DNA of 64,000 nt from Octopus sinensis (Eukaryota): contig NC_042997.1 of assembly GCF_006345805.1 (NCBI RefSeq), forward strand, positions 38,316,001-38,380,000. The letters are read 5' to 3'. The notes under the pieces were generated by a model. That model was not told where the DNA came from. It did not search any database and saw only the letters and a list, made by a program, of their open reading frames with translations. Both the position numbers and the translations under genes were made by a program. Positions 25,600 to 38,329 of this stretch are shown here, piece after piece (position 1 is the stretch's first letter; the number at the start of each line of letters is the position of its first letter).

Positions 25600-28500
25600 C
25601 TGGATTAGACTCTTTTGAAAGAAAAAGAATACTAACATTGGTCACTTTTCATAGTCGTCTCTTTAATTCACTTACCGGGTCCTGGTATTTCGCTATTTTT
25701 TCTATACCTCTCATAAGTTTTTTGGGTTTTTTTTTCATAATTTGGGATTGTAAAGTCAATAATCAGGCACTTTCTATTTTCGTTATCTACTACTATTAAC
25801 TCAGTCCTTTACCATCCTTTACACTGTCAGTCTGAATGCTAAACTTCAACGACATCTTGTATTTCTCACTTTCTAGTACTTTACTAGGTTCATGTTCATA
25901 GCATTTACCACTATGGTTAAATCCTAGCTTTCTTTCTACATAACCCCCAGTTGATTATACACCCTAGGTTGTCATGTCTTTTCTTGTAGTCTTTCTGTGC
26001 TAGCATGCTACATTCACTTACTATATGAGTAACATTTTCCATTTTTGATTTGCATAACTTAGATTGGAGATCTACTTGGTTTTTGTCTATCCAATTAGTC
26101 CAATTATCCACTTATTGCTTAATGTTTGATCTTTTGGTCTCCCTCTTCAACTTTCCATTCTGCAACAATAGCCATGTCTCACTACCATTGTTTGTTGCAA
26201 CTATGCTTGAGTATCTACCGTACAACGCCTTCTCCTGCCAGTCAGATAATTTCTGTTCTTCTTCCTGGTTTTTAACTTCGTTTGGGTTTTTGGTTTCCCT
26301 TTCTCTTGCTGTGACCCACGCATCTTTTAATAAACTTCCTTCACTATTACCTACATATGAGTCTATATCTACTCTAGCTAACTCTACGCAGTCTTCTACT
26401 GATATTAACCATCCTCCACCTTCCTTTCTAGGTAAGTATAATCTTGCTACTCCTGCCCTTGGATGGAGTCCTCCATTCATATTGAATTCCTTCCTACTTC
26501 TTCTGCTTAGCATTACTAATTCAGTTTTTTTCCAATTTACAAAAGCTGCTGAGTACCTAAGTAATAATACTGCCCACGTATTTACAGCCTTCGCTAGATT
26601 CAGACCATTTAGCTTTGACTTCTTTAGCCCATTCGCACTTTTGATTTAATCCTTCTCATTATTTGTTTGCATTTCTATAGTTACTACTTTGTTAGATTAT
26701 AATATTCCTGGATGCCAATATCTCTCTCCTCCTTTAATTGACTTTAACGTCTGGCCATCTGGTAATTGGACGCTTTCGCAGTAGACTACCTGTCTCCGTC
26801 TAATGACTAACATTCCACATTTACTCTCCCAAATTCTATACCTTTATCTTTGCTAAAGCGTCTTACAGTCTGTATTAAGGCGGCGAGCTGGCAGAAACGT
26901 TAGCGCGCCGGGCGAAATGCTTAGCGGTATTTCGTCTGCCGTTACGTTGTGAGTTCAAATTCCGCCGAGGTCGACTTTACCTTTCATCCTTTCGGGGTCG
27001 ATAAATTAAGTACCAGTTACGCACTGGCGTTGATGTAATCGACTTAATACCTATGTCCGTCTTTGTTTGTCCCCTCTGTGTTTAGCCCCTTGTGGGTAGT
27101 AAAGAAATAGGTATTTCGTCTGCCGTTACGTTGTGAGTTCAAATCCCGCCGAGGTCGACTTTACCTTTCATCCTTTCGGGGTCGATAAATTAAGTACCAG
27201 TTACGCACTGGGGTCGATGTAATCGACTTAATACCTATGTCCGTCTTTGTTTGTCCCCTCTATGTTTAGCGCCTTGTGGGTAATAAAGAAATATGTATTA
27301 AGGAATCTATCTTTATCATTCTTACTAAAAAGATTCAGATCATCCATGTTGAGTAAATGATTAATTTTTTCCTAACTATTTCTGAACTGATACCCTGCCT
27401 TTGTCTTCTTTGATACTAAACTGAGGGAGATCAAAGATACGACAAATATTAAAAAGGACAACGGGATCCCCTACGAGTGTATTTACTTTCCATTTCTTCA
27501 TGCTAAAGCTAATTAATTCTCTTGTGTTGCCTGTTTGTTTTTTTCTGAATATAATCAGAAATACTGAATATACTCAGGCATACTGTACCTAATCACTTAT
27601 CCATGAGCATGAGATCATGTCACAGGTATGTATAATAGATCATGCATTCCTCTAGCCTCCTACCTGTATCCTTTTTGTTATTCTGGCTGAGAATTCGTGT
27701 TTTTAAGGTGCTTTTAAATGCCTTCTGAAAGCATTCCTTTTAACCGCTTCCACATGGTAAGTGTTTGGTGTATAGTTGTTACCTGTATCACCCTTACTCT
27801 TACCTTTCATAATGTGCATTGTCCTACCGCTAGTCATCCAGTCTGGTACTATTCCTCCATCAAGGCGATCCTCAAGTTGTTCACTCAGCCTCCCATGTAA
27901 ACTACTTAATTACTTAAGCCAGTACCATCTGACTAAAACTGATACTGGGCCCTTTCAATTCGGCATTTTCTCTAACACTTCCCTCATTAATACACTAGTT
28001 AGTCTTGAATCTAACTGTGTCTCACTCACTATTTCTTCCCTCACTTTCTTTAACCATACTGCATCTCCAATATGGTTGTCTGGATTATGCCGCATATTAC
28101 TGTAGAACGTTTTAGCTTTTTTCTGCATTAGGTTTCTCATCTTCAGTACTTCATTCTCCACTATTTATTTGGAGATTACATCTCCTCTAGTCTGTCTCAA
28201 ATAATCTATTCCGTTGAGACTGATCTATTCTTTTCTGATATCTGGAGAGCTTACCGGCCACTGCTATGATACGCCGTTTCAACTCTTTTATTGTCCCAAA
28301 TCATTTCTCTTTGACTAAGTGTCTTTCTTCGAGGCAAAATTTGCACCTTGTCTTTCCAAACTTGTTTGTTTCCAGGCTTCTGTTCTTGCTAAAGAATATC
28401 TTGCTTAAAGTCTTCATCTTAATTTGTAGTCTCCTTTTCCACATTTGCTCTTTTTTAATTTTTTCCTGTGAGATATCTAATCTTTTGGAAACAACTGCCC

Positions 28501-28620
28501 CTCCTCCATAGATCAATAAGCTAGTGTCTTCTATATTTCTAGTATCTATCTTACTGATAACAGAATCTATTTACACTAAGAACCTTTTTTCTAAGTACTT
28601 TTTCTCAAGGGAATATTGCA
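25600..28620 (-). mobile_element. Long degraded RLE-type (R4/Dong-like) LINE interrupted by SINEs
   Basis: HIVSECSMLAQKDYKKRHDNLG, GGLHPRAGVARLYLPRKEGG, upstream KTFYSNM...VLEKMPN(W)KGP; many stops. Confidence 0.75.
26876..27295 (+). mobile_element. Young SINE family A with a 184-bp tandem duplication of its 3' part
   Basis: Intact head ggcggcgagctggcagaaacgttag; ggtatttcgtctgcc starts at both 26926 and 27110. Confidence 0.9.
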
Positions 28621-28686
28621 TCTTGTGTTTCCTAACCTTTTAACTCCATTTATATATATATATATAATATATATATATACATACAG

Positions 28687-28719
<33 letters not shown>

Positions 28720-29003
28720 CAAGATAAGAAAATGGAGAAACACATCTTAATCAATGATCAACTACCATATAATACCCAATCACATAATTTATTAAACCAC
28801 TACATATGAACATTAAGGTCAAACATAATAATATAGAACAAAACAATGTACATGAAAGAGTAATATGATACAATAAGTACAGTATGTATAAGTGAATATA
28901 AATAAATACAAATATAAATATAAACTACATCTTACAGCTGTTTCAGCCATGCAGATATGGGTGCCTCATTATGCTCATATTAGCCATGTGTGATAGGTTA
29001 ATA

Positions 29004-29771
29004 TGTAGTTATAAATGAGACACTTACAAAAATATCCCAAGTCCTCTTCAGAGATTATGAAGAAAAAAACTACATTAAATATGAAAATCAGAGGAGGTAC
29101 ATCCATACAATAGTAGGTACATACACATAATATATAATATATAATATAATATACACATACATATGGGTGTATATATCCATACTCCTATATATATATATAT
29201 ATAATATATAAACATATATATAATATAATAATAATAATATACAGCAATACACATACATATGTTCTATATTCAAGGTTACAGTTAGTGACAACAATATATT
29301 AGAATATTACATTATAGAAACAATACACATATCTATATTCAAATGCAGATATACAAAGTCAATAATTCATTATATTAAGTTACAAAATGCCATTAGTATT
29401 ACTATCATTACTATTACCATTGCCACTGTTGATACTAGTATCATTATTATTATTAATAATAATAATAATAATAATAGCATTAATACCAGCAAAACAAAAC
29501 AATATGTGCATCGCTAGGTTAGCAACATAATAGAAAAAACAACAACAACAATAATACAGTACCATGCAAAGCATTAGGATCGGCAGATACATATAAAAAG
29601 AAAGATGGAAAACATTGATTTACATAGTAGAAAATTCCAACTGCATCGAAGTTCTTAACATTTATGTATGAACTTTGTTGGGTGCTTCACTAGCAGTATA
29701 TTGGATATATGTTATCCCATGGAGGGTTGCACTTACAACCCCTATCTCAATTTATATATATATATATATAC

Positions 29772-29815
<44 letters not shown>
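29004..29815. repeat. First copy of an ~810-bp local duplication (second copy split into 30198-30410 and ~34390-35050)
   Basis: tgtagttataaatgagacac... recurs at 30198; acagcaatacacatac...cccctatctca recurs at ~34410-34930. Confidence 0.9.
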
Positions 29816-29819
<4 letters not shown>

Positions 29820-29822
<3 letters not shown>

Positions 29823-30199
29823 TTGCATCAGAAATTAATTAGCACTTCTAAAATTTCTACATTAAATAGGTTAAATCAATTAACCTATGAGCTGTTCAAA
29901 ACGTCTTACGCGATGAGAAAACTTAGTATGGTGTGATTTCGGTCCTTGCGAGGCGCTACCTATATCTATTAAACAAAGGAAGATTTGTCTGCATCCGCAC
30001 TCCAAGTTGTTGTTGCACTGCTATGTCAACATCATAAGGCTGTAGACTCTCAAACTGCTCTGCAAACAAAGTTACGTCATCGTTCTGCGCAACAGTGAAC
30101 TCGCAACAAAGCAATAGTTCGAGATATGGCCACTAGGTGACAGCACATACCTTGAGTGAAGAGCAAATCAAGGGTGCTAATTAATTTCTGACGGTAGTG
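29820..30199. mobile_element. Tc1/mariner-type MITE
   Basis: TIRs cacttgcatcagaaattaattagcac / gtgctaattaatttctgacggtagtg (17-bp perfect core), flanked by TA. Confidence 0.8.
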
Positions 30200-30374
30200 T
30201 AGTTATAAATGAGACACTTACAAAAATATCCCAAGTCCTCTTCAGAGATTATGAAGAACAAACTACATTAAATATGAAAATCAGAGGAGTTACATCCATA
30301 CAATAGTGGGTACATACCCATAATATATAATATATAATATACACATACATATGAGTGTATATATCCATACTCCT

Positions 30375-30415
<41 letters not shown>

Positions 30416-30417
<2 letters not shown>

Positions 30418-33400
30418 TAATCAATATAGTGTGGCAAAAAAATTTTGTAGAATTTTTTTGCCACCAGCGGCCTAACCTGATTAAATTAAATCAAGCCAAT
30501 CTTCCATAGGCCCTCAGATTCTTCAGTAAGAAATAGCCAAGTCGGAACAGATATTTTCACGAGGCATTTCCGACCCTGCCAGGCAATATCTGACCTAAAA
30601 TTTTCAAATCATCGCACTCGCACCAAATTTATCGGCAGCAAATAAATATAAGCCGTCGATTCCATTACGGAATTAACCAGAAAATTCATAATTAATCATA
30701 TAGGGTGGCAAAAAAAATTTTGTAGACTTTTTTGCCACCAGCTGCCTAGTGGGAAAAAATTAAATAGTCATAGACCATTTTTAGTTCAACATCAACAATC
30801 AAGGAACGGCCATAATAGGCCATTCACCCACTAGAAATAACAGCCAAAGCTTCAACCGCAAATAAAAATCAATTCCGTAAACCAGGAGAAAATTTAAAAA
30901 ACATTTACCCTGTAATTTCTTATACGATGCACCGTTTCATCTGCTGTTTAATGGTAAACTAACCTGATTAAATTAAATCAAGCCAATCTTCCATAGGCCC
31001 TCAGATTCTTCAGTAAGAAATAGCCAGTCGGAACAGATATTTTCACGAGGCATTTCCGACCCTGCCAAGGCAATATCTGACCTAAAATTTTCAAATCATC
31101 GCACTCGCGCCAAATTTATCGGCAGCAAATAAATATAAGCCGTCGATTCCATTACGGAATTAACCAGAAAATTCATAATTAATCAATATAGGGTGCCAAA
31201 AAAAATTTTGTAGAATTTTTTTGGCACCAGCGGCCTAGTGGGAAAAAATTAAATAGTCATAGACCATTTTTAAGTTCAACATCAACAATCAAGGAACGGC
31301 CATAATAGGCCATTCACCCACTAGAAATAACAGCCAAAGCTTCAACCGCAAATAAAAATCAATTCCGTAAACCAGGAGAAAATTTAAAAAACATTTACCC
31401 TGTAATTTCTTATACGATGCACCGTTTCATCTGCTGTTTAATGGTAAACTAACCTGATTAAATTAAATCAAGTCAATCTTCCATAGGCCCTCAGATTCTT
31501 CAGTAAGAAATAGCCAAGTTGGAACAGATATTTTCACGAGGCATTTCCGACCCTGCCAAGGCAATATCTGACCTAAAATTTTCAAATCATCGCACTCGCG
31601 GTAAATTTATCGGCAGCAAATAAATATAAGCCGTCGATTCCATTACGGAATTAACCAGAAAATTCATAATTAATCAATATAGGGTGGCAAAAAAAATTTT
31701 GTAGAATTTTTTTGCCACCAGCGGCCTAGTGGGAAAAAATTAAATAGTCATAGACCATTTTTAAGTTCAACATCAACAATCAAGAACGGCCATAATAGGC
31801 CATTCACCCACTAGAAATAACAGCCAAAGCTTCAACCGCAAATAAAAATCAATTCCGTAAACCAGGAGAAAATTTAAAAACATTTACCCTGTAATTTCTT
31901 ATACGATGCACCGTTTCATCTGCTGTTTAATGGTAAACTAACCTGATTAAATTATATCAAGCCAATCTTCCATAGGCCCTCAGATTCTTCAGTAAGAAAT
32001 AGCCAAGTCGGAACAGATATTTTCACGAGGCATTTCCGACCCTGCCAAGGCAATATCTGACCTAAAATTTTCAAATCATCGCACTCGCGCAAATTTATCG
32101 GCAGCAAATAAAATAAGCCGTCGATTCCATTACGGAATTAACCAGAAAATTCATAATTAATCAATATAGGGTGGCAAAAAAAATTTTGTAGAATTTTTTT
32201 GCCACCAGCGGCCTAGTGGGAAAAAATTAAATAGTCATAGACCATTTTTAAGTTCAACATCAACAATCAAGGAACGGCCATAATAGGCCATTCACCCACT
32301 AGAAATAACAGCCAAAGCTTCAACCGCAATAAAAATCAATTCCGTAAACCAGGAGAAAATTTAAAAACATTTACCCTGTAATTTCTTATACGATGCACCG
32401 TTTCATCTGCTGTTTAATGGTAAACTAACCTGATTAAATTAAATCAAGCCAATCTTCCATAGGCCCTCAGATTCTTCAGTAAGAAATAGCCAAGTCGGAA
32501 CAGATATTTTCACGAGGCATTTCCGACCCTGCCAAGGCAATATCTGACCTAAAATTTTCAAATCATCGCACTCGCGGTAAATTTATCGGCAGCAATAAAT
32601 ATAAGCCGTCGATTCCATTACGGAATTACCAGAAAATTCATAATTAATCAATATAGGGTGGCAAAAAAAATTTTGTAGAATTTTTTTGCCACCAGCGGCC
32701 TAGTGGGAAAAAATTAAATAGTCATAGACCATTTTTAAGTTCAACATCAACAATCAAGGAACGGCCATAATAGGCCATTCACCCACTAGAAATAACAGCC
32801 AAAGCTTCAACCGCAAATAAAAATCAATTCCGTAAACCAGGAGAAAATTTAAAAACATTTACCCTGTAATTTCTTATACGATGCACCGTTTCATCTGCTG
32901 TTTAATGGTAAACTAACCTGATTAAATTAAATCAAGCCAATCTTCCATAGGCCCTCAGATTCTTCAGTAAGAAATAGCCAAGTCGGAACAGATATTTTCA
33001 CGAGGCATTTCCGACCCTGCCAAGGCAATATCTGACCTAAAATTTTCAAATCATCGCACTCGCGCCAAATTTATCGGCAGCAAATAAATATAAGCCGTCG
33101 ATTCCATTACGGAATTAACCAGAAAATTCATAATTAATCAATATAGGGTGCCAAAAAATTTTGTAGAATTTTTTTGCCACCAGCGGCCTAGTGGGAAAAA
33201 ATTAAATAGTCATAGACCATTTTTAAGTTCAACATCAACAATCAAGGAACGGCCATAATAGGCCATTCACCCACTAGAAATAACAGCCAAAGCTTCAACC
33301 GCAAATAAAAATCAATCCGTAAACCAGGAGAAAATTTAAAAAACATTTACCCTGTAATTTCTTATACGATGCACCGTTTCATCTGCTGTTTAATGGTAAA

Positions 33401-34218
33401 CTAACCTGATTAAATTAAATCAAGCCAATCTTCCATAGGCCCTCAGATTCTTCAGTAAGAAATAGCCAAGTCGGAACAGATATTTTCACGAGGCATTTCC
33501 GACCCTGCCAAGGCAATATCTGACCTAAAATTTTCAAATCATCGCACTCGCGCCAAATTTATCGGCAGCAAATAAATATAAGCCGTCGATTCCATTACGG
33601 AATTAACCAGAAAATTCATAATTAATCAATATAGGGTGGCAAAAAAAATTTTGTAGAATTTTTTTTTGCCACCAGCGGCCTAGTGGGAAAAAATTAAATA
33701 GTCATAGACCATTTTTAAGTTCAACATCAACAATCAAGAACGGCCATAATAGGCTATTTAATTTTTTCCCACTAGGCCGCTGGTGGCAAAAAAATTCTAC
33801 AAAATTATTTTTGCCACCCTATATTGATTAATTATGAATTTTCTGGTTAATTCCGTAATGGAATCGACGGCTTATATTTATTTGCTGCCGATAAATTTGG
33901 CGCGAGTGCGATGATTTGAAAATTTTAGGTCAGATATTGCCTTGGCAGGGTCGGAAATGCCTCGTGAAAATATCTGTTCCGACTTGGCTATTTCTTACTG
34001 AAGAATCTGAGGGCCTATGGAAGATTGGCTTGATATAATTTAATCAGGTTAGTTTACCATTAAACAGCAGATGAAACGGTGCATCGTATAAGAAATTACA
34101 GGGTAAATGTTTTTTAAATTTTCTCCTGGTTTACGGAATTGATTTTTATTTGCGGTTGAAGCTTTGGCTGTTATTTCTAGTGGGTGAATGGCCTATTATG
34201 GCCGTTCCTTGATTGTTG

Positions 34219-34220
<2 letters not shown>
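30416..34220. repeat. ~489-bp tandem array (one internally deleted unit, six full, one partial) plus an inverted ~465-bp terminal unit, inserted in (TA)n
   Basis: tagggtg marker at 30701, 31189, 31680, 32167, 32654, 33144 and 33632; inversion junction at 33754/33755. Confidence 0.95.
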
Positions 34221-34315
<95 letters not shown>

Positions 34316-34926
34316 TATATATATAATATATATATATATTATATATATATTATATATATATTATATATTATATATAATATATAATATATATATAATATAT
34401 AATATAATAATAATAATAATATACAGCAATACACATACATATGTTCTATATTCAAGGTTACAGTTAGTGACAACAATATATTAGAATATTACATTATAGA
34501 AACATACACATATCTATGTTCAAATGCAGATATACAAAGTCAATAATTCATTATATTAAGTTACAAAATGCCATTAGTATTACTATCATTACTATTACCA
34601 TTGCCACTGTTGATACTAATATCATTATTATTATTAATAATAATAATAATAATAATAGCATTAATACCAGCAAAACAAAACAATATGTGCATCGCTAGGT
34701 TAGCAACATAATAGAAAACACAACAACAACAATAATACAGTACCATGCAAAGCATTAGGATCGGCAGATACATATAAAAAGAAAGATGGAAAACATTGAT
34801 TTACATAGTAGAAAATTCCAACTGCATCGAAGTTCTTAACATTTATGTATGAACTTTGTTGGGTGCTTCACTAGCAGTATATTGGATATATGTTATCCCA
34901 TGGAGGGTTGCACTTACAACCCCTAT

Positions 34927-35055
<129 letters not shown>

Positions 35056-35240
35056 ACGGGAAGCTTTATGAAAATAAACAAAAGACGAAGGCAGGTGGAG
35101 TACAAACAAACAATTGTATAAGTATGGCGCTCAGGAATATAAATAAAACAAGCCTTTTACGTTTCGAGCCTACGCTCTTCAACAGAAAGATACACAGAAA
35201 AGAAACACGGAGAGAAACAAGGAGAGAAAAAATGCGTGCA
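35056..35240 (-). mobile_element. Penelope-like terminal fragment with a variant hammerhead motif (35153-35189)
   Basis: Minus strand cttt CUGUUGA A gagc gtag gctc GAA AC GU A aaag. Confidence 0.55.
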
Positions 35241-35249
35241 TATATATAT

Positions 35250-36121
35250 ATAGGGTGGGTTGAAATTAATTAGTTATTAGTAATTGCTTATAGTATTTTG
35301 GGTATCATTGAAGACCTGATGACAACAGTTTTTAAATAGACAACACTAACGGAGATTTCTTATTTTCTTATTACCTTATTTCTGCTTTTTCATTTTCCAG
35401 ATGGCCGGTCGTTTGACTCTTCAAGTGCGAGGTAATATAGCAGTACGCTATGAAGGGTGGTAGTACATTGTTTTGGTTCAGCGATAGTAGCGTGCATGGA
35501 AAGGCAAGCATGCAACACTACGTCCGGAGACAATAAAAAGTCGTCATCCAAAGCTGATGATTACGAGCTCTGTGAACGATGCAAAAAGCGACCATCCAAT
35601 CACATCTCAATCCGACGAGAATGAGGCAACAGCGCAGAAATGTTTAATCGCGGCTCGCAAAAATCAACACATGAAGCAGCGAGTGAAAGTGGACTAGCAA
35701 GACACACAATACGCAGAGTGTTGCTTAATGAATTTCATTTTCCTCCGTGGAAACCGCTGTACGTACAGGAGGAGCTAAAAGCTGAAGAGTGTGACCGTAG
35801 ATGTTCAGAACTCCAGAAATCCAGATCTCACTCAATGGGATTTTTAGCTGTGAGGTTACAGCAAAAGGAAGTGTAAAAGACAAATCATTGAAGACACAGA
35901 TTCAGGAGGTTGTCAATGATATCCCAGACAACGTCCTTCAGAAGGTTGGTCGTTCCATCCCTGGCCGTTTGAGGAAACTGGTTGACACCACCGGTGCCTC
36001 GGTTGAAATATGAAGACTTACTTTCATTTTCGAATAAAGAACATGTGTGATTTGTTTCAATAAATTTGAAAAAGTAATATGGATTTTATTACCAAATTTT
36101 AATGCCTACATACTTCTCCCC

Positions 36122-36126
<5 letters not shown>
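35250..36126 (+). mobile_element. Degraded Tc1/mariner element
   Basis: GRLTLQ...IAVRYE N-terminal HTH remnant, SPDLT(QW)DF, LRKLVDTTGASVE C-terminus; ends ta(c/t)aggg / ccctgta. Confidence 0.65.
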
Positions 36127-36174
<48 letters not shown>

Positions 36175-36658
36175 AATATATATTTGCCAACTAAGTGTGG
36201 CGTCCTATATAGGACAGTGCCGCTGTCGTTTATAGCCCCAAGAAGATATCTCCCCCAGCTGGATAACGACACACAGTCTGTGTCCGATTAGTATTTGCGA
36301 GGAGTAGTCGTCGGTCCCTTTTCTAGCTTTACGAGATACATGCGGATTCGAGTTTCTGGGCGGTTAACCCTCCTCAGTGTGTGTTAATCTCTAGCTAGTG
36401 GTGAAAGCTCATTCCACTCGCAAATTACTAGATACTTTTCTAACGACTCATTGGTAAATATATGTTAGCATTCCGTGCAGCCACTGTAGTTCAAAGATGT
36501 AATATATATATACATATATATTATGTTTAGAGAGAGAGAGAAGATACTCGTGACCTCGTGGCTGCTAAGTGAGTCTCTTGGCACAGAGATAAGTTTCATA
36601 AAAATGCACGAAACTATCCACATTTTATAACTCCGAAAAGACGAAAACATACAAATAT

Positions 36659-36709
<51 letters not shown>

Positions 36710-36715
36710 TAATAT

Positions 36716-37060
36716 ACAGCGTGTTGGGGATAAATGTTTCAGTTTGCATAATAGAAAAGAAAGCACATAAACCAATCAAACACTAATTATATATTTTAAA
36801 AATTTTAAAAAAATTAATTAGGTGATCAAAAGGAAATATCAGTTTACTTAAAGTACCTTACCTTCGGCTTGCACCACTGCCTGAAGACGTCTCCAAAACC
36901 TGGCGCACTCGTTTATCTCTATCTTCTTGAGAACATTTTCGAGTACCTCCAGAGCTGTTGGTGACTTTGTGAACCATCGGTTATACATAATACTCCATGA
37001 GATTATAATTTCACGACACAGGTGACCAGATTTTGGCGCTGTGGACATTGTAGAAATCCT
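36716..37060 (-). mobile_element. Tc1/mariner transposase C-terminal fragment
   Basis: INECARFWRRLQAVVQAEG; TIR-like tacagcgtgttgg at the left end. Confidence 0.6.
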
Positions 37061-37099
37061 CAGTCTAGTTTTTCCTTCTGTTTCCTGCTATAATACTCA

Positions 37100-38150
37100 G
37101 CAGCCAGATTTTGGTCACGCTCTCCAGTAGCTTCACACATTGTCGTCTGAATTTAGCCTAAGGACATATTCAAAGATAGCAGGTAGTATGTTTTAAAACA
37201 CACACAAAGACTATCTGAATTTGCAGTAAAATTGGTAGTTATGATGTCTTACATCCTTTATAATGTTCACAGAGCATTAAACAGCAATCATGATGTCGCT
37301 CTCAGTTTGATACCAGCCGCGAAACATCATGATACATTTCTTTTAGCTTTTCCTAGCTCATTAGTTGCACCGAGTCACTCTCCGTTGTTTAGTGATGCTG
37401 GATTGTTTCAAGTTCCGCTTCTAGGTGTCCTGTGGTGACTACAGTAGGGAGCAGTCATCTATTTGATTGAGAATTAATGTTTTCAATATGAGTAGGATGG
37501 CATCCTTTGTCTTAAGTCTGAATAATTTCTGAGTCCAATCAACCGCTCACCTGCAGAGTTCTGTCACTTCTGGAATATGCACATGGAATAATGCATTATT
37601 ACTTCGGTGGATTCCTAGGTCACGCACCCACACTGACTCTGAAATTGCACTACCTCTTCGTATAGATATTCCGATTGTTATCTCATAGTGGGTCGATAGC
37701 AGAATGCTTCGAACTTCTTGGCGGTGAACTACACGTTAATTCCGTCAACTCACTTGTATATTTCATTCAGGTCTGTCTGATGTTTAGGATGTCATATGAG
37801 GTCAGAGAGATAAATCTGTTAATTTTAGCATCTGCTGTTTCTTCCTTCATTATACCTTCTAGTATTTTGAGAAGTTTACCGTCGGTATACAAATAATCTT
37901 TGAAAAATGTACTATGATTGTGTCACAATCCAAGTTTATAAGTAACAACAAGCTAAGTAGTGTGACATCATCACGGATATACATCGCAACCTCATTGTGA
38001 CTTCTTTCTCTTCTATATTGGTAAATATATCTCCGAAAACAGATGGGTTTCTTGATTGGATGCAATAAATTCCATAATGTCTCAAGATGGTGAACAGTCT
38101 GCTTAAGTGTGTCCTGCGAAGCACTTGGGGGTAGATGAATTCGCTCTTTT
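37100..38150 (-). mobile_element. Highly degraded CR1/L2-like LINE (endonuclease region)
   Basis: VAMYIRDDVT motif (GGVAxYIR-like) and other APE remnants; many stops. Confidence 0.45.
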
Positions 38151-38329
38151 CCTCGCTATATACCCACCACGGATGAACTAAATCCGTTAATTTTCAGAGC
38201 CACTACAATAAGGTTTTGGGTGGAGCATTTTCTGTTGACACTTCGAGAAATTATTTTAAAATTAATTGGAAATTAACAAATTAAATAGCAATAAAGAAGA
38301 ATAATTTTCAGTATACATTTCTTAAATTA

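Noticed and set aside
30700-33750. Single-base differences between 489-bp units as real subfamily variants
   Set aside because: Most are homopolymer-length changes typical of long-read error; not used as evidence
30416-34220. Hammerhead in the 489-bp unit (minus-strand ctgaaga and ttgaaaa candidates)
   Set aside because: No helix II followed by GAAA, and no helix I closure in either orientation
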